A DNA stretch of 64,000 nucleotides. Source: Octopus vulgaris (Eukaryota). Each line of letters begins with the position of its first letter. Within the stretch, counting starts at the first letter, position 1. Below, one piece after another: positions 25,348-38,817 of this stretch. The stretch covers positions 123,504,001 to 123,568,000 of the forward strand of contig OX597816.1 of NCBI GenBank assembly GCA_951406725.2, in the 5' to 3' direction. The notes under the pieces are model-generated. The model was given only the letters and a program-made list of their open reading frames with translations. It ran no database searches and was not told the origin of the DNA. The translations under genes and the position numbers were made by a program.

Positions 25348-28300
25348 AGCTGATGTTGGATCTATCTGGGCTGATGTAAGAAGTGTCACCTGTTTAAAAT
25401 ATACCTTGTTTAAAACTTTACCTGTTGATGGTGCATTATGTGATGATGTAATCTATGAATACTTGAAAAAAATGTTACTGAAATATCTATCTTAAATTTT
25501 AAATACCATTTGTGTTTACTTTTATATATATATATACATACACATATAAACATATGCACATATACATATATATTCATACACACACACGTCATATATATAT
25601 ATATATATATATATATATGACAGGCTTCTTTCAGTTTCCATTTATCAAATCCACTCACAAGGCTTTGGTCGTTCCAGGGCTATATTAGAAGACTTCTAAC
25701 CAGATTTTATCCCAAGGAAACATTTAATATTTCCAAGGTGTTAACTGAATTTTAATTTCCCCGAAAGAAATTAGTCAATGACATACCACCTCTCCAGCTA
25801 TAATTTTAACTAGATCTGATACTTTTTAAAAAAAGAACATTACTCTAACTATGCATTTTTAGATTAGTTTTGTTGAATATTTAGCATATATAAAATGTAT
25901 GCTAGTAATTCTTTTACCTACATCAGTATATTTGAATATAATTTAAGATTCTCAAAGCTATATGTGATAAGCAACCACATGCATCATTTCAGCTACTGGG
26001 AGAGATCTATAATTTCATTTCCATATGTTCTTTGAGACAATTTTGATATAAAATATATTTTATCAGTGCTGAAGCTTAGTTTTTTTTTAATTTTTTTTTT
26101 AAGCTATGTATCTTTCTTACTACCAACCTTTCACACACACAGAATGGTACTTATTGCCATGGTGGATTTAGATGTAAAAAGGAGATATGTGCATTTACTC
26201 TAAGAATATTGCAATGGTTTGAACTTCTCACTACATAGCTGTTCACTTAAATATTACAGCTGCAGTATTTCATCGAAAGAAATTATGTATATACTTCACT
26301 TCTTGACTATTTATCAATAAAATGACAAACATATTGAAATAGGTGTACATTCAGTATCTATGTCTAACTACTGTATATCCAACTGTTTCTTTCCATAAAG
26401 ACAGACGGAGAGGCAGGTAGCACACAGGCAGACAATAGATAGATAACTCATGTGACATAGTGATGTATTACTATACTTATGGAGAATGATTTAGTAGAAT
26501 TTAGTTTGTGGCTAGAGGTGTTAGAGTGTGAGTTTCCAACTGGAAATAGACATGCAGGTAGTATCAATAAGAGTTAAATAAGTTGATGTTTGTCTTCAGA
26601 GATTTATGTGCAGTGATTAGAGAAATATATAAGCTTGGTATCTTAACAATGGATTAGAAAAAGCATTAGTTCTTTTTGTAAATGGAGAAAAGAAACATCC
26701 ATTCGTGAAAGTGGAAGGGTGACCCTAGAATAACAAATGATATCATTGTAATGCAAGGCATGAGAGAAGCGATAAAATGAAGAATGTGAGTAGAATTAGA
26801 AAATCGAAATAAACCACCTTCTTTCATGAAGTGAGAGAATTAAAAATATTTATGAGACAGTTTGTAGTTGATAATGTATATTGCAAACGGTTCAGTGACT
26901 AGAAAGGTTTGAATATTCACTATGGTTCTGATGCCATGAATGCACATATACGTTACACATAATAATATTTCAGATGATTGCTAAAGAAATTAATAAACAC
27001 ATATAGCTTTTATTTCACTTACAAATATCAACCATAAGAATATATTTTTTTTACATGGAGTAGTTTTTAGACATATTTATTTATTTATAAATGTATTTTA
27101 TTTTATTAATTTGACACAATTTATTAATTTGATCTTAGTTTAGTGGAAAAGCTATAATTTACTGATCATCATCTTTCAGCTGAAATTGCAATCACTTCCA
27201 TTCTCGAAATAATCTCCAAGTATATAATTCCTCTAATTATTGAGCTATTTGTATCACTGGGAATTACATGTTACATGCTTTTGCTTATACCCCCTCTAGC
27301 TCTTCTTTGTTCACTTATTAACAAGTTGTAAGCCCATGGCTTGGAGTGTACACACATAGCTTATTTTAAGATATGAAGTGTGTGTATATACATACATGCA
27401 TGCATACATGCATCCATACCTACCAACATGCATACAAACATACATATGCACATACACACACGTACACACATGAGTGCCCGCTCACACACAGAGGTGATAA
27501 TGATGATGATGATATATATTACAGCAGTATCAGCACCAAGCAGTGTTTAAGCATAAGTGAACTTTAGGTTAGTTAAAATATGTTTGTGACATATTTCAAC
27601 TTCTGAAGGCAAATTCATTGCAGTTATTAAAATATTATATATGTATGCATTATATAGACATTAAAAGATTACACACATACACACACACACACACACATAT
27701 ATATTTAATGTCGCTTTTTCATGCTGGCATGGGTTGGATGATTTGACATGGTCTGCCAGGGCCAAGGACAGCATCATGTCCCAGTATCTGCTTTGCCATT
27801 GTTTCTACAGCTGAATACCCCTCATAATGCCAACAACTTCACTGGGTGTACTGGGTGCTCTTTTTTAATCCTGACTCCAGTACTAGTGGGGTTATTATAC
27901 TGCTCACAAGGCTAAGAACCCATTCAAATGATGGGACTACAGTAGAGAAAAGTGGCTTTATATAAAGAGATAAGAAGTTAATGTATGAAAGTGGAGGCCA
28001 GACCTGCAGGGAACAACTTCCAATTTTGTTCTGTAGAAAACTTTGGGAATGAAAATCAATCGATCATAAGTTTGCAACAAATCTACAAATGATGTATTAC
28101 AGTATGAAAGGCCATACCACCAGGCTTGTAAAAGTCCCTCTTGTAGATAATCTAGAGTAATTTTGAGGTGGGATCTGGAATGTAAACAAACGACACAACC
28201 CTTAGGCAAAGTGGTTAGGTGCACTATGAAGTGAGTACTGCATAAATACCTTTGTCAAAACTTATAATATCAACAGTGAAACTCCAGATGGTTTTGCAAA

Positions 28301-28840
28301 ACAGCCAAATAGGAAGTCCCCTAGGTGGGATCTGATAGTCAGTTATTGGTATAGAATGCCCATACTCTACAGAGCAGCACTAGATAACCTATTACAAAGA
28401 ACAATGAATGCTGAGATTGCTGTGCTTGGTAATTTGGCTGTTGAATGAACAACACTAGTAGCTAAAAAAACAGGGGACACATGTGGCCAGAAACGACAGA
28501 CTTGTAGTGTGCTTGGATGTGATACATGAATTATACACAGGTTGCTTGAATGCATTTATTCAAGATCACTGTAAACACTTGTTTCATGATCACTTGTTTC
28601 AGTCATTGGACTGTAGCCATGCTGGAGCACTTCAATGAAGAGCATAATCAAACAAATCAATCCCAGTATTTATTTAATTATAATTGTGGTACTTATTCTG
28701 TCACTTGCTTTTGCTGAACCACCAAGTTATGGGGATCTAAACAAACCAGCCATGATTGTCAAATGGTGGTGGGGACAAACACAAACAAATAAACATATAC
28801 ATATATACATATGTAGATAGATAGATGAATAGAGAGACAA

Positions 28841-28871
<31 letters not shown>

Positions 28872-29892
28872 CATACATACATACATACATACATACATAC
28901 ATACATACATACATACATACATACATACGTACATATATATATATAGTGTATCTTGTGTGTAAAAATAGATGTATGATGCTACTGTCATATTTAGAGCTCC
29001 ATGTAGAACATCACATTCCAGTCTATTTCCATTATAGTAACTAGTAACTAATATACCATGTACTAGTATTACTTGTACATGAGCTCAGAATGGGCTCACA
29101 TTGCTCCAGTTCACTCATTTGCAGAAATGAGTTGCGATGTACTGGTGCCAAGCTGTATCAGCCTTTGTCTTTCCATTGGATAATATCAGTGGAGAGGGGA
29201 GACTGGTATTCATGGATGACTGCTGGTCTTCCGTAAAAGCAACCTTGCACGAACCTGAGCCTTGGAGGGCAACTTTCTAGGTGCAATTCCATGGTTATTC
29301 AAGACTGAAATGGATCCTTTTCATTACTAGTTATGAAATATATAACAATTGTAGGCAAAAATAAGATAAACAAGAGTTTATATTATTAGTTTCTACAAAC
29401 CTTTCAGCATCTATCCAACTCTTGATATTAGTTCTCTCTAATTGACTACAATAAACTGTTCTTTTGTGATCTGCTCTGGTTAAGCATTCATATTCACACA
29501 GAACACCTAATGCAAAGTTCCAAGCAGCCACCATGGTGAAACATATGTAGGGATTGATTACATAAACTCTTGTTTCTCTTAATTTCTTCTATATGTATAT
29601 GTATATGGTGTGTGTGAAAGAGAAAGACAGAGGAAGAGAGAGGGAAAGGGAGAGAGAAAGAGAGAGAGAACGAGTCTGTGCATATGTGTCTTTTACCAGT
29701 GTATATTGACAATATACCAGCAAGAAACACACATAAGGAAAGAAAAGAAAACTGCTGATATTCCCTTGACATTTTCATATCAGAAGAGTAAAGAAAGAGC
29801 CAATGACTGGCTTACTGGAAACCAGTAACCAATGGCAACTTGCAACATAAAATAACTAATAAAATAAATTACTCAGTTACAATATGAACAGT

Positions 29893-30048
29893 AACATCAT
29901 CATCATTGTCATCATCATCATCATCGTCATCACCATTATCATCATCCTCACTGTCATCATCCTCATCACCATCATTATCATCACCACCACCACCACCACC
30001 ACCACCAGCAGCAGCAGCAACAGCAGTAGTGGCGGCGGTGGTAGCAGT
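29893..30048. repeat. Compound trinucleotide microsatellite (CAT/CAC/CAG/TAG/GGC)
   Basis: Direct reading. Confidence 0.93.
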
Positions 30049-30223
30049 CATGGAATAATGTCATTGTCACTCTGATTTATTTACTTGAATTATGACATAC
30101 ATGCAGGTTGTTTAAAATGGTTCCAAGTAAAATGAAAACAGCACTAAATTTAAATTCTATATATACGCATATATATATATTCATTTAAATTAACATTTGT
30201 TTTATTCTTTGCTTTTGTTTTAG

Positions 30224-30303
30224 GGTAAAGGAATAGCAAACACATACTGGCTTGTTGGTAAAGAAGGATTTGATAAGAAGCTGCCAGCTGATCCAACAAA
30301 AGG
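30224..30303 (+). CDS. Guanylyl cyclase exon ending the catalytic domain (80 bp); missing from the ORF track
   Basis: ttttgttttag|GGT, phase 0. Encodes GKGIANTYWLVGKEGFDKKLPADPTK(G), with the conserved GKG..TYWL motif. Donor GG|gtaatt, phase 2. Confidence 0.93.
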
Positions 30304-30554
30304 GTAATTAAAATCAATATTTCTTTTTATTGATTGCTAGTTTTAGTTGCAACAAAAGTAAATATGTTGAATGAATCACTTATTTCCTCTCCCACATGGG
30401 AGATATTGCAAAATTTGCTTTCAAACTATTTTATTTACACACACACGCGCGTGCGCACATGCACACAAACACATACACACACATATGTAAGCATGCAATT
30501 ACATATATATATATGTATATATATAAATATAAATATATATTTATAAACAAATGA

Positions 30555-30608
<54 letters not shown>

Positions 30609-31019
30609 ATATATATATGTGTATATATATGTATGTATATATATATATATATATATAAACAAATGAATATATATACGAATGTGTGTAAACAAATTAATGT
30701 AGACAAAGCTTTCTACATATATACAGAGAGCTATATTTGGATATTAATAAACACAAAGAAAATTAATTTCTCACACTGACCTGAGGTCAGACGTGTGTAG
30801 GTGAAAGATTCAGTTCTTGTTGGACAAAAGGGAAAATTCAGTTCTGCCTCATTTTATCAAACAAACAACTGTAAAAATATATTAATAAAACTGAAACAAA
30901 TAATGTGACAGATAACCAAATCCTACAGTAAGGCTAAAAGAAAATACCTCAGAATATTCAGCATATGAAATATACATATAGGTGCTGGTATGACTGTGTA
31001 TTATAGATATATGTGTGTG

Positions 31020-31305
31020 GTGGCACAATAACCCAGTGATTAGGGCAGCAGACTCACAGTTGTAGGGTCGTGGTTTTGATTCCCAGGTGTTGTGAGTGTT
31101 TATTGAGCGAAAATACCTAAAGCTCCATGAGGCTCCAGCAGGGAGTGGTGGCAATCCCTGGTGTACTCTTTTGTCACAACTTTCTCTCACTCTTTCGTCT
31201 GTTAGCCTGCTCACTTAGCCAGCAGGGTGGCATCATTTGAAGGTTAAAACAATGCGAAGCACATTGTGACCAGTGATGTGTAGCAACATCTGATAGCCTG
31301 GTCAT
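31020..31305 (+). mobile_element. tRNA-derived SINE-like element (a further family)
   Basis: Degenerate A-box-like aacccagtgattagggc and B-box-like ggttttgattccc, followed by a GC-richer body ending at (TA)n. Confidence 0.55.
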
Positions 31306-31307
31306 AA

Positions 31308-31347
<40 letters not shown>

Positions 31348-32026
31348 ATATATATATATACACATGTGTGTGTGTTTCTGTATGTGTCTTTGTGTCTATG
31401 TTTATCCTCGATCTGATGCTTGGCAAATGGTGTTGGTGTGTTTACATTTTTGTAACTTAGTAGTTTGGTAAAAAGAAAAAAACTGACAGAATAAGTACCA
31501 GGTTTTAAATAGAAAAGTACTGGAGGTGATTTATTCAGCTAAAAGTTCTAGACAAAACCAATTTCTAGACAAAACCTCCTACCTGCGGACTTAAAATCTA
31601 AAAGCAAGGTAAATAATTCTAATGAAATCAACTGAAATTTTGGAAAAATATAGAAAATGCAGTGTTAGAATGGATCTGGTTTTTAAGTCAACTGGTGAAA
31701 GCAATGGATATGTTGTCATTGATATACATAATCAGCATCTTGCAATACCTCTGTTTCTTTATAAACAACAATCAATCTTAGTATTGCAACCATAGCAGAA
31801 AATAGTTGCGATAAAGACAAGACTTATGCTTTTACCATTTAATTTCAAGACCATTCTCATACAGCATTTTTACATATTTTTCCAAAATTGCCATTAATTT
31901 TAGAGTTCTCTTCCTTTAACAGTTGAAATTTTTTTTTTTATTCTAAATAACTCTAGGGATAGTTTGTCTATTTAGTACATGGATAATTTCAATCAAAAAA
32001 TGTTTTCCTACTGTATTAAATATATG

Positions 32027-32405
32027 GTGCAGGCATGGCTGAATGGTAAGAAGTTTGTTTCCCAACTACATGATTCCAGGTTCAGTCTCACTGTGCAGCA
32101 CCTTATGCAAGTGTCTTCTACTATAGCCTGAGACTGACCAAAGCCTTGTGAGAGGATTTGATAGATGGAATCTGAAAGAAGCCAGCCCTTTGTGTGTATG
32201 TGTCTGTCCCCCTCCACCACTTGACAAATGTTGTTGGTATGTTTATGTTTCCATAACTTAGCAGTTCAGCAAAACAGACAGAATAATTAGTGGGCTTTAC
32301 AAAAAATAATAGGTACTGCTGTTAATAAGTTCAATTAAAGTTCTTCAAAGTGGTGCCTCAGCATGGCTACAGTCGAATGACTACAACAAATAAAAGATAA
32401 AAGAT
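32027..32405 (+). mobile_element. SINE family B, older copy
   Basis: Colinear with the 32668-33090 copy from head to gtcgaatgactacaacaaataaaag tail. Confidence 0.85.
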
Positions 32406-32476
32406 ATAAGAGTGTGACCCTAAACCACATTATATGCTAACTAAATGGTTCATTAGAGAATGTGAAAGGCTCAACA

Positions 32477-33144
32477 TTAACCTTTTAGCATATAATCTAG
32501 ACATATCTGGTCTAGATATTCTATCTTTTTTGCATTGAAACTGACCAGATGCAATCTCTCCCACCTGCCCTAGAATGTCATTCTTAGAAGAAATAATCGC
32601 ATCATCAAAATCCTCAAGCTACAAGATAATGCATAATTAATTCAAAGCAAGGTGAATAAATTGGCTTAGGAGTGGCTGTGTGGTAAGTAGCTTGCTTACG
32701 AACCACATGGTTCCGGGTTTAGTCCCACTGCATGGCACCTTGGGCAAGTGTCTTCTACTATAACCTCGGGCCGACCAAACCCTTGTGAGTGGATTTGGTA
32801 GATGGAAATTGAAAGAAGCCCGTCGTATATATGTGTATATATATATATATATGTATGTGTGTGAGTATAAGTTTGTGTGTCTGTGTTTGTCTCCCCCAAC
32901 ATCGCTTGACAACTGATGCTGGTGTGTTTACGTCCCCGTAACTTAGCAGTTCAGCAAGAGAGACCGATAGAATAAGTACTAGGCTTACAAAGAATAAGTC
33001 CTGGGGTCGATTTGCTTGACTAAAGGCGGTGCTCCAGCATGGCCACAATCAAATGACTGAAACAAGTAAAAGAGTAAAAGAGTAAAGAGTAAATAAGCAA
33101 TACATTTGACAGTAATGTGAATATTAATGAGCTGAATAGGTTAA
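32477..33144. mobile_element. TTAA-flanked MITE-like element interrupted by a family B SINE
   Basis: Starts ttaaccttttagcat and ends aataggttaa. The nested SINE is flanked by a short duplication (gaataaat / gagtaaat). Confidence 0.45.
32668..33090 (+). mobile_element. SINE family B, near full length (tRNA head, internal microsatellite, (GTAAAAGA)n tail)
   Basis: A box tggctgtgtggtaag, B-box-like ggtttagtccc, then ccttgggcaagtgtcttctact and tail gactgaaacaagtaaaagagtaaaagag. Other copies near 34075, 39815, 55875 and 62390. Confidence 0.9.
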
Positions 33145-36109
33145 CAGACTTTTCATCTATTTCTTACTTGAGATTCCAGCAAGAGGCTCTCAATGTGCTC
33201 AGTCTAGTTGTTAAGATTAAAAATAAAACCCTCTTAAAATGCACACCACTATCTTAAAGCAAGAGAGAAACATTGACCCATGAATTTTAGGTATGCACAA
33301 AGAAGGGTGGTCAAATCTGAAATGTCTTTGAACATAAGTCTATTCTTTCAGACCTGACCGAGTGCTAAACAACAATAATTAAGCATTAATAAAATATTTT
33401 ACTTTAATTTCATATGAAGCCCAATTAAGATTTTCTTACTTCACAATAAGTCAGAATCAGAATATTTAAATATTGTCAATTTCCTTCTTTGTATTTATGT
33501 TTTTAGTATTTATGTATTGATTGATTGATTCTAGTTTCAGCTCACGAGCTGTGGCCATGCTGGGGCACCGCCATTTATTGTTCATATGTTATGGGGGAAG
33601 GGGTAATGCTTGAAAAGATGCATATTATTGTCTTTTGTAGAATATTATACTTAGCAGTATTGAAATAACATACTATACAGTACTTTCTAGTGAATATAAT
33701 ACTTCCATCTACTTTTATAGACAGAAAAAATTTTCCATTAGTTTTATTTAAAAAATTCCATTTTGTTGCCATTCCTGTTATTGTTTTTCTTGCTTGCCTC
33801 CCAAAATAATTCCTGATTGAAATTATATTTCAAACACCACACACATATACACATAATAAATCCTCTATTTCAGAGCAGTCTCCATAGCTTAGAGAACCAA
33901 GTGTCACTGAGTACACAAAACATAATGCCTTCAATGTAAAACATTATCAACTGATGTAGCTACACTGATATCCATTCGTGGATCAACATTATTATTATTA
34001 GTATTATAAAAAGAATTATGAAATGTACAAACATAAAAAAAGCAGCTTTTATTAAAGTTTTATTAACTATAAGTGCAGGCATGGCTATGTAATTAACAAG
34101 CTCACCGGGCAACTGTGTTGTTTCAGGTTCAGTCCCACTTTACAGCAGCTTGAGCAAGTGTCTTCTATTTTAGACCTGGGCTGGCAAATGCCTTGTGAGT
34201 GGATTTGGTACACAGAAACTGTGTGGAAGCCTATTTTATATGTGTGTGTTTGTGTGTGTATCTTTATGTATATATGGATATGTATGCATATATATGTAAA
34301 TATCTATGTATCTGCATATGACCACCAGTGTTGGCTTGTTTGCATCCTTGTAACTTGAACAAATGCTTTGCAGTATTTGTTCCAATCCATTAGTTTCTGA
34401 GATCTGCTCTCATTGAGGGTTATTTGGGTTGTTAATCTAATTCATTCCCCATTTTAACACCAATACTCAGCATCGTGCTTGTCTCTGGCAGAGCCTATTT
34501 TGTTGCATGAATTCAAGCTGTTTAAGGATATTTACCACTCACCTAACCTCTGGAGGAATTGTAGAGTGTCATAGGTTATGTCTTTCCTTTTGACTAAAAT
34601 GCTAAAACAAATTTTACATTGGGTAAGTAACAACATTTCTGCAATTTACGGTATCATCTTGTCCTCCATTAAGTCTAATAGCTGAATAATATAAATTGTT
34701 ACCTACCAGCAAAGCTTTTGAACTAAAGGATCTGTTTTCATAAGAAAACATTATCTTCAGGTATCATTCAACAAGTTTAGTCTCACTATTCTTTGTATAA
34801 CTTAAAAAAAGAAAGTCTCTTTTATGTAGTATATATTTAGTTTCTGTTCATAACAGTGACTTCATCGAATGTAAAACTTCTTAGAGATATAATTCTCACT
34901 GGGATACATGGAGATTTGCAATCTTCAAGGCTAATTGTGCAGTCTCCAATAATATGCCATTACACAATGCATATTGGCCATTTCTCTATAGTCTGTATAG
35001 AGTATTATGGCTATGATTTATTCTCCCAAAATTTAAAACTTTCATACAAGTTAGATCATCAGCTAGCATAAATAGCTGATCAATAATGAGAGTCACAACA
35101 CTGATATCTAGACATCAGTGTACAAATATGAATGTTGTGTATTTACTTACAGTAAACAAAATATACTTATTTTTTTACATATGACTCCTTTGGCCTCAGG
35201 AAATCAATAGAAAATTTTTTCCAGTGGTTGAATTGCATGTATTAACTTGGAAAATTAAAAATGACTGAAAAAGCAATGGCACTATTTTTACTTGGAGCAC
35301 CCACAAATTGATTAACAGTTCATATATAATCTACCATTATTCTTAGTTTATTAGGATTTTTCTAATTAAAATCTGGGCATATATAATACTGGCTCCAATT
35401 ATCTCCTTTCAATAAACAAGTGATTCTCTCTTCACAACGTAAACAATAATAAAATGTTTTTTCTTTAAAATAAAATTGTTTAGGAGTAGTAATAGCATTA
35501 CACATTTTCACTCTTAAAAAATTGAGGATAATCCATGTGCATAGTAGTTGGTCCACAAATTGAGATTGTAGAAAAGGTCTCTTCCCATAGGGCTACATTA
35601 ATCAGTCAGTCCTGAAATGTATGCTATCACAAGAATCAAATTAACTTTGTTTACATTCATTTTGAAGGAAATAAGACACACTTTAATGAAAAGAAAACAC
35701 TCAAACCCCTGCTGCTATTATTCATTTCTGTTCTGGAACAGATTCATTACATGACTGGGCTTTTAACTTTGAAAATTTTCAACATGATGCTAAGAGTTAA
35801 TATCCATATTTTTGTGAAGAGACATAAAACTTTCTTCAAGCTATAAAGATACACAGTGATTATCAATTATTAAAAATTGACAGTATTATAAATATTGTCA
35901 TTAAGAATAACATTCCAAATAGTAAAACTTCTAATTATTTTCATGTTAAGAACACCATAGTAATTATAGAAGTAGACTTTGCAAACAAGTTCATATTAAC
36001 AGTAAAAGGTATAAATAAAAGTTTTAGTATTTCCTAAACCAATATTTGTGCATAATTGTTACAATTGACTATTGAGTAGAATCTGAAACAGTTAGAAATC
36101 TTTATAAAA

Positions 36110-36201
<92 letters not shown>

Positions 36202-36446
36202 GACTGTTGGATTGATAGAATCAATAAAGCAATGGACACTCGTACTGTTATTTAGTTATAGCTCTTTACATTCTGAGCTCACATCCTGTCAAGGTCAACT
36301 TTGCCTTTTTATCCTTTTAGAGATCTAAAGAATAAAGTACCAGCTTAGTCCTGGGGTCATTGTAATAGCCAAATTTCTTAAAAGATGTTGGCTTTCCACC
36401 TTAAATAGAAACCATCATCAGTGTTGTTGTTGTTGTTATTATTCAA

Positions 36447-37147
36447 CATTTGGTAGTTTCAGGAAAATTTCTATTGTATCACCTGATACACTTCTGTGTT
36501 ACTGGGGTTTGTGCAGCATTGTGTGCTCATTTTTGTTGTTGGGGAGTGCAAACTCTTCCTAGTGTTGTATTGAATCAGTTATGGGGTATGGTGCATTCTT
36601 TTGTTGTATTAGTGTTTGTATTGTTTTGTGAATGTAATGCATTGGTATCTACCCTACTGGCAGTTGTTTATTTCATTGGATATTTGCTATATAGAGTGTG
36701 TCTTGTGTTTGTGGATTGCTTTGTTTGAGTTGTATTATTGAATTGATAGTTTCTTGTGTAGGATGTGTTTTGTTCCTAGCAGGGCTATTTTTTGGATAGT
36801 GTGTAGTGTTGAGGGTCCAGGTATAGCTTCTAAATTTTTGTTGAAATGTTTTTTTTTATCATGCCCAACACTCCAGTTATTACTAGTATTGTTTTCACTA
36901 TCATGCTCCACATCTTGAATGGTTCAATTTCAATATTCTGGTGGTAACCCTTCATTCTTTGGTCATATCTTACCATCTTTGCAACAAGGTGCTCTTTCAG
37001 TTCCTCCTCTACTACTTTCAGGCCCTTTCTTTTAATATTATACTTCCTTTTCAGCACCCTGTATTTTTGTTCGCTTTTAAGCTCCCCTTTCTCTTTTCGG
37101 TCTGACACAGAGATTTCCTTCGAGAGTATGTCTAACCCTGCCTGAAT
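36447..37147 (-). mobile_element. Internally deleted RLE-type (R4/Dong-like) non-LTR retrotransposon remnant
   Basis: The minus ORF joins KYNIKRKGLKVVEEELKEHLVAKMVRYDQRMKGYHQN (pre-RT region) to KMWSMIVKTILVITGVLGMIKK, then QKIALLGT (RLE C-terminal motifs). Confidence 0.6.
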
Positions 37148-37148
37148 A

Positions 37149-37205
<57 letters not shown>

Positions 37206-37645
37206 GGTAGCAAGCTGGCCGAATTGTTAGCATGTCAGGCAAAATGCTTAGTGGTATTTCATCTGTCTGCATGTTCTGAATTCAAATGCTGCCGGGGTCA
37301 CTATTTGAATGACTTGCCTTTCATTCTTTTGGGGGTTGATAAATTAAGTACATCTCCAACTATATCACATCAAATTTTTACCAGTGCATCATTTCATGAT
37401 GATAGAAGAGAATTCGTTGCTATTCACATTCATACAGGGTGGTAGAAAGGAACATCATTGTTCAAGGATCTAAAGTATTTGGACACACGGCCTATTGCCA
37501 GAAACACAAGCTATGCCACTGGTATTTGTAAAAGTTGGGGAAATATAACAAAAGTTGATAATATGGCCTTGAACAGCGGTGACAGTTATGCACTGGGGTC
37601 GATGTAATCAACTGGTCTCCTCCCCCCCCAAGATTTCAGGCCTTG
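37206..37645 (+). mobile_element. SINE family A interrupted by a host exon fragment
   Basis: The consensus ...gataaattaagtac|cagttatgcactggggtcg... is split by about 231 bp of foreign sequence. Confidence 0.9.
37350..37585 (+). pseudogene. Partial copy (pseudo-exon fragment) of terminal exon bases 40324-40559
   Basis: 236-bp ungapped alignment with 19 mismatches by hand count (~92%). In-frame TAG where the exon has CAA. Confidence 0.97.
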
Positions 37646-37718
37646 TGTCTATAGTAGAGAGGATTATTATTATTGTTGTTGTTGTTGTTGTTGCTGTTGT
37701 TATTATTATTATTATTTA

Positions 37719-37905
37719 GGCAGTGAGCTGGTAGAATTGTTAGCACACCAAGCAAAATGCTTAGCAGTATTTCATCCATTCAAATTCCATCTTTCATCCT
37801 TCCAGGTTCAATAAATTAAGTACCAATTGCATACTGGGGTAAATTTAATTGACTGCCCCACTCGCCTAAAATTTCAGGCCTTGTGCCTTGAGTAGAAAGA
37901 ATTAT
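37719..37905 (+). mobile_element. SINE family A, internally deleted
   Basis: ggcagtgagctggtagaattgttagcac...ctttcatccttcc...ataaattaagtacc...aatttcaggccttgtgcc. Confidence 0.8.
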
Positions 37906-38459
37906 CATTATTATTGTTGTTGTTGTTGTTAGATTTGCATACTATTTAGTAGTGAGTTTGTGTATCTACATAAATAACAAAACATTCTTTGGCATAGCAA
38001 TTTTGTCATTTATGAATCTTACCATGTCAAAGAAAGGCTTACTATTTCCTTTCTGATAATTATCAGATAAACAGAATAATCAGAATTACATTGAATATAT
38101 TTTAAAGGCTTTGATACCAAATTAATGAAATACATTGGTGATTGTGAGTTATAATAATTAGCATTTATTAGAACTTGTTCTAATGGCAGTGCTTCAATTG
38201 CATCACCTAACTTGAGTTTGCTATTTTCAAATAGCATTTTATTGTGAACTTATAACAAAGGTAACTCATATGCTTTCTTTAAAATAAGTAAAGGTGCACA
38301 CTGCTGTTAAAAATATCAGATTAAAAGTTGAAAGGTATAAATAAAGTCTGTAGTAGATTCTGGTATATGTAGCTTATATATGATATGCCAATTATATCAT
38401 ATATAATATGATATAAATTTAGATATATGATGTGCCAATTAATCATTGTTAAAATTGCG

Positions 38460-38817
38460 TTTTGTTGTATCTTGGGAGGGTCATTACACAAACAATAAAC
38501 ACATGCACTAATTCAATTCTACTTCTTTATTATTAGTCACTTGGTTATTTATTTACCTAAACAATTAATCCATTGCTTGCTTAATCAGTCAGTTGTTTGT
38601 CAAAGTGCTTTCATTGCCATTTGCAATTGCATGAAGGATATGCCTTTTCTCCTTCAGGTCTGCTTCAAATTGATTGATTGTTTAACCAACTGATTAAGCA
38701 AGTAATTGATTAATTGGTCAGTTAAATAATTTATTAATTGACAAATAAAAAAGAAGTGAAATTGAACCTGAACGGATGTTTATTATTGGCAAATTATCCT
38801 CCAAAGATACAATAAAA
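38460..38817. repeat. Old imperfect inverted repeat (MITE-like), ~135-bp arms
   Basis: ttttgttgtatcttgggaggg...caattaatccattgcttgcttaatcagt pairs with actgattaagcaagtaattgattaattg...cctccaaagatacaataaaa. Confidence 0.8.

Noticed and set aside
33874-33892. Possible alternative terminal exon (tcctctatttcag|A GCA GTC TCC ATA GCT TAG)
   Set aside because: Acceptor-like motifs are common and there is no supporting evidence without transcripts.
36111-36200. (ATT)n followed by (AAT)n, which could form a hairpin
   Set aside because: Simple microsatellite switch with no sign of function.
37350-37585. Idea that the exon copy derives from A-to-I edited mRNA
   Set aside because: Only 2 of 19 differences are exon A to copy G; more go the opposite way, some at CpG.
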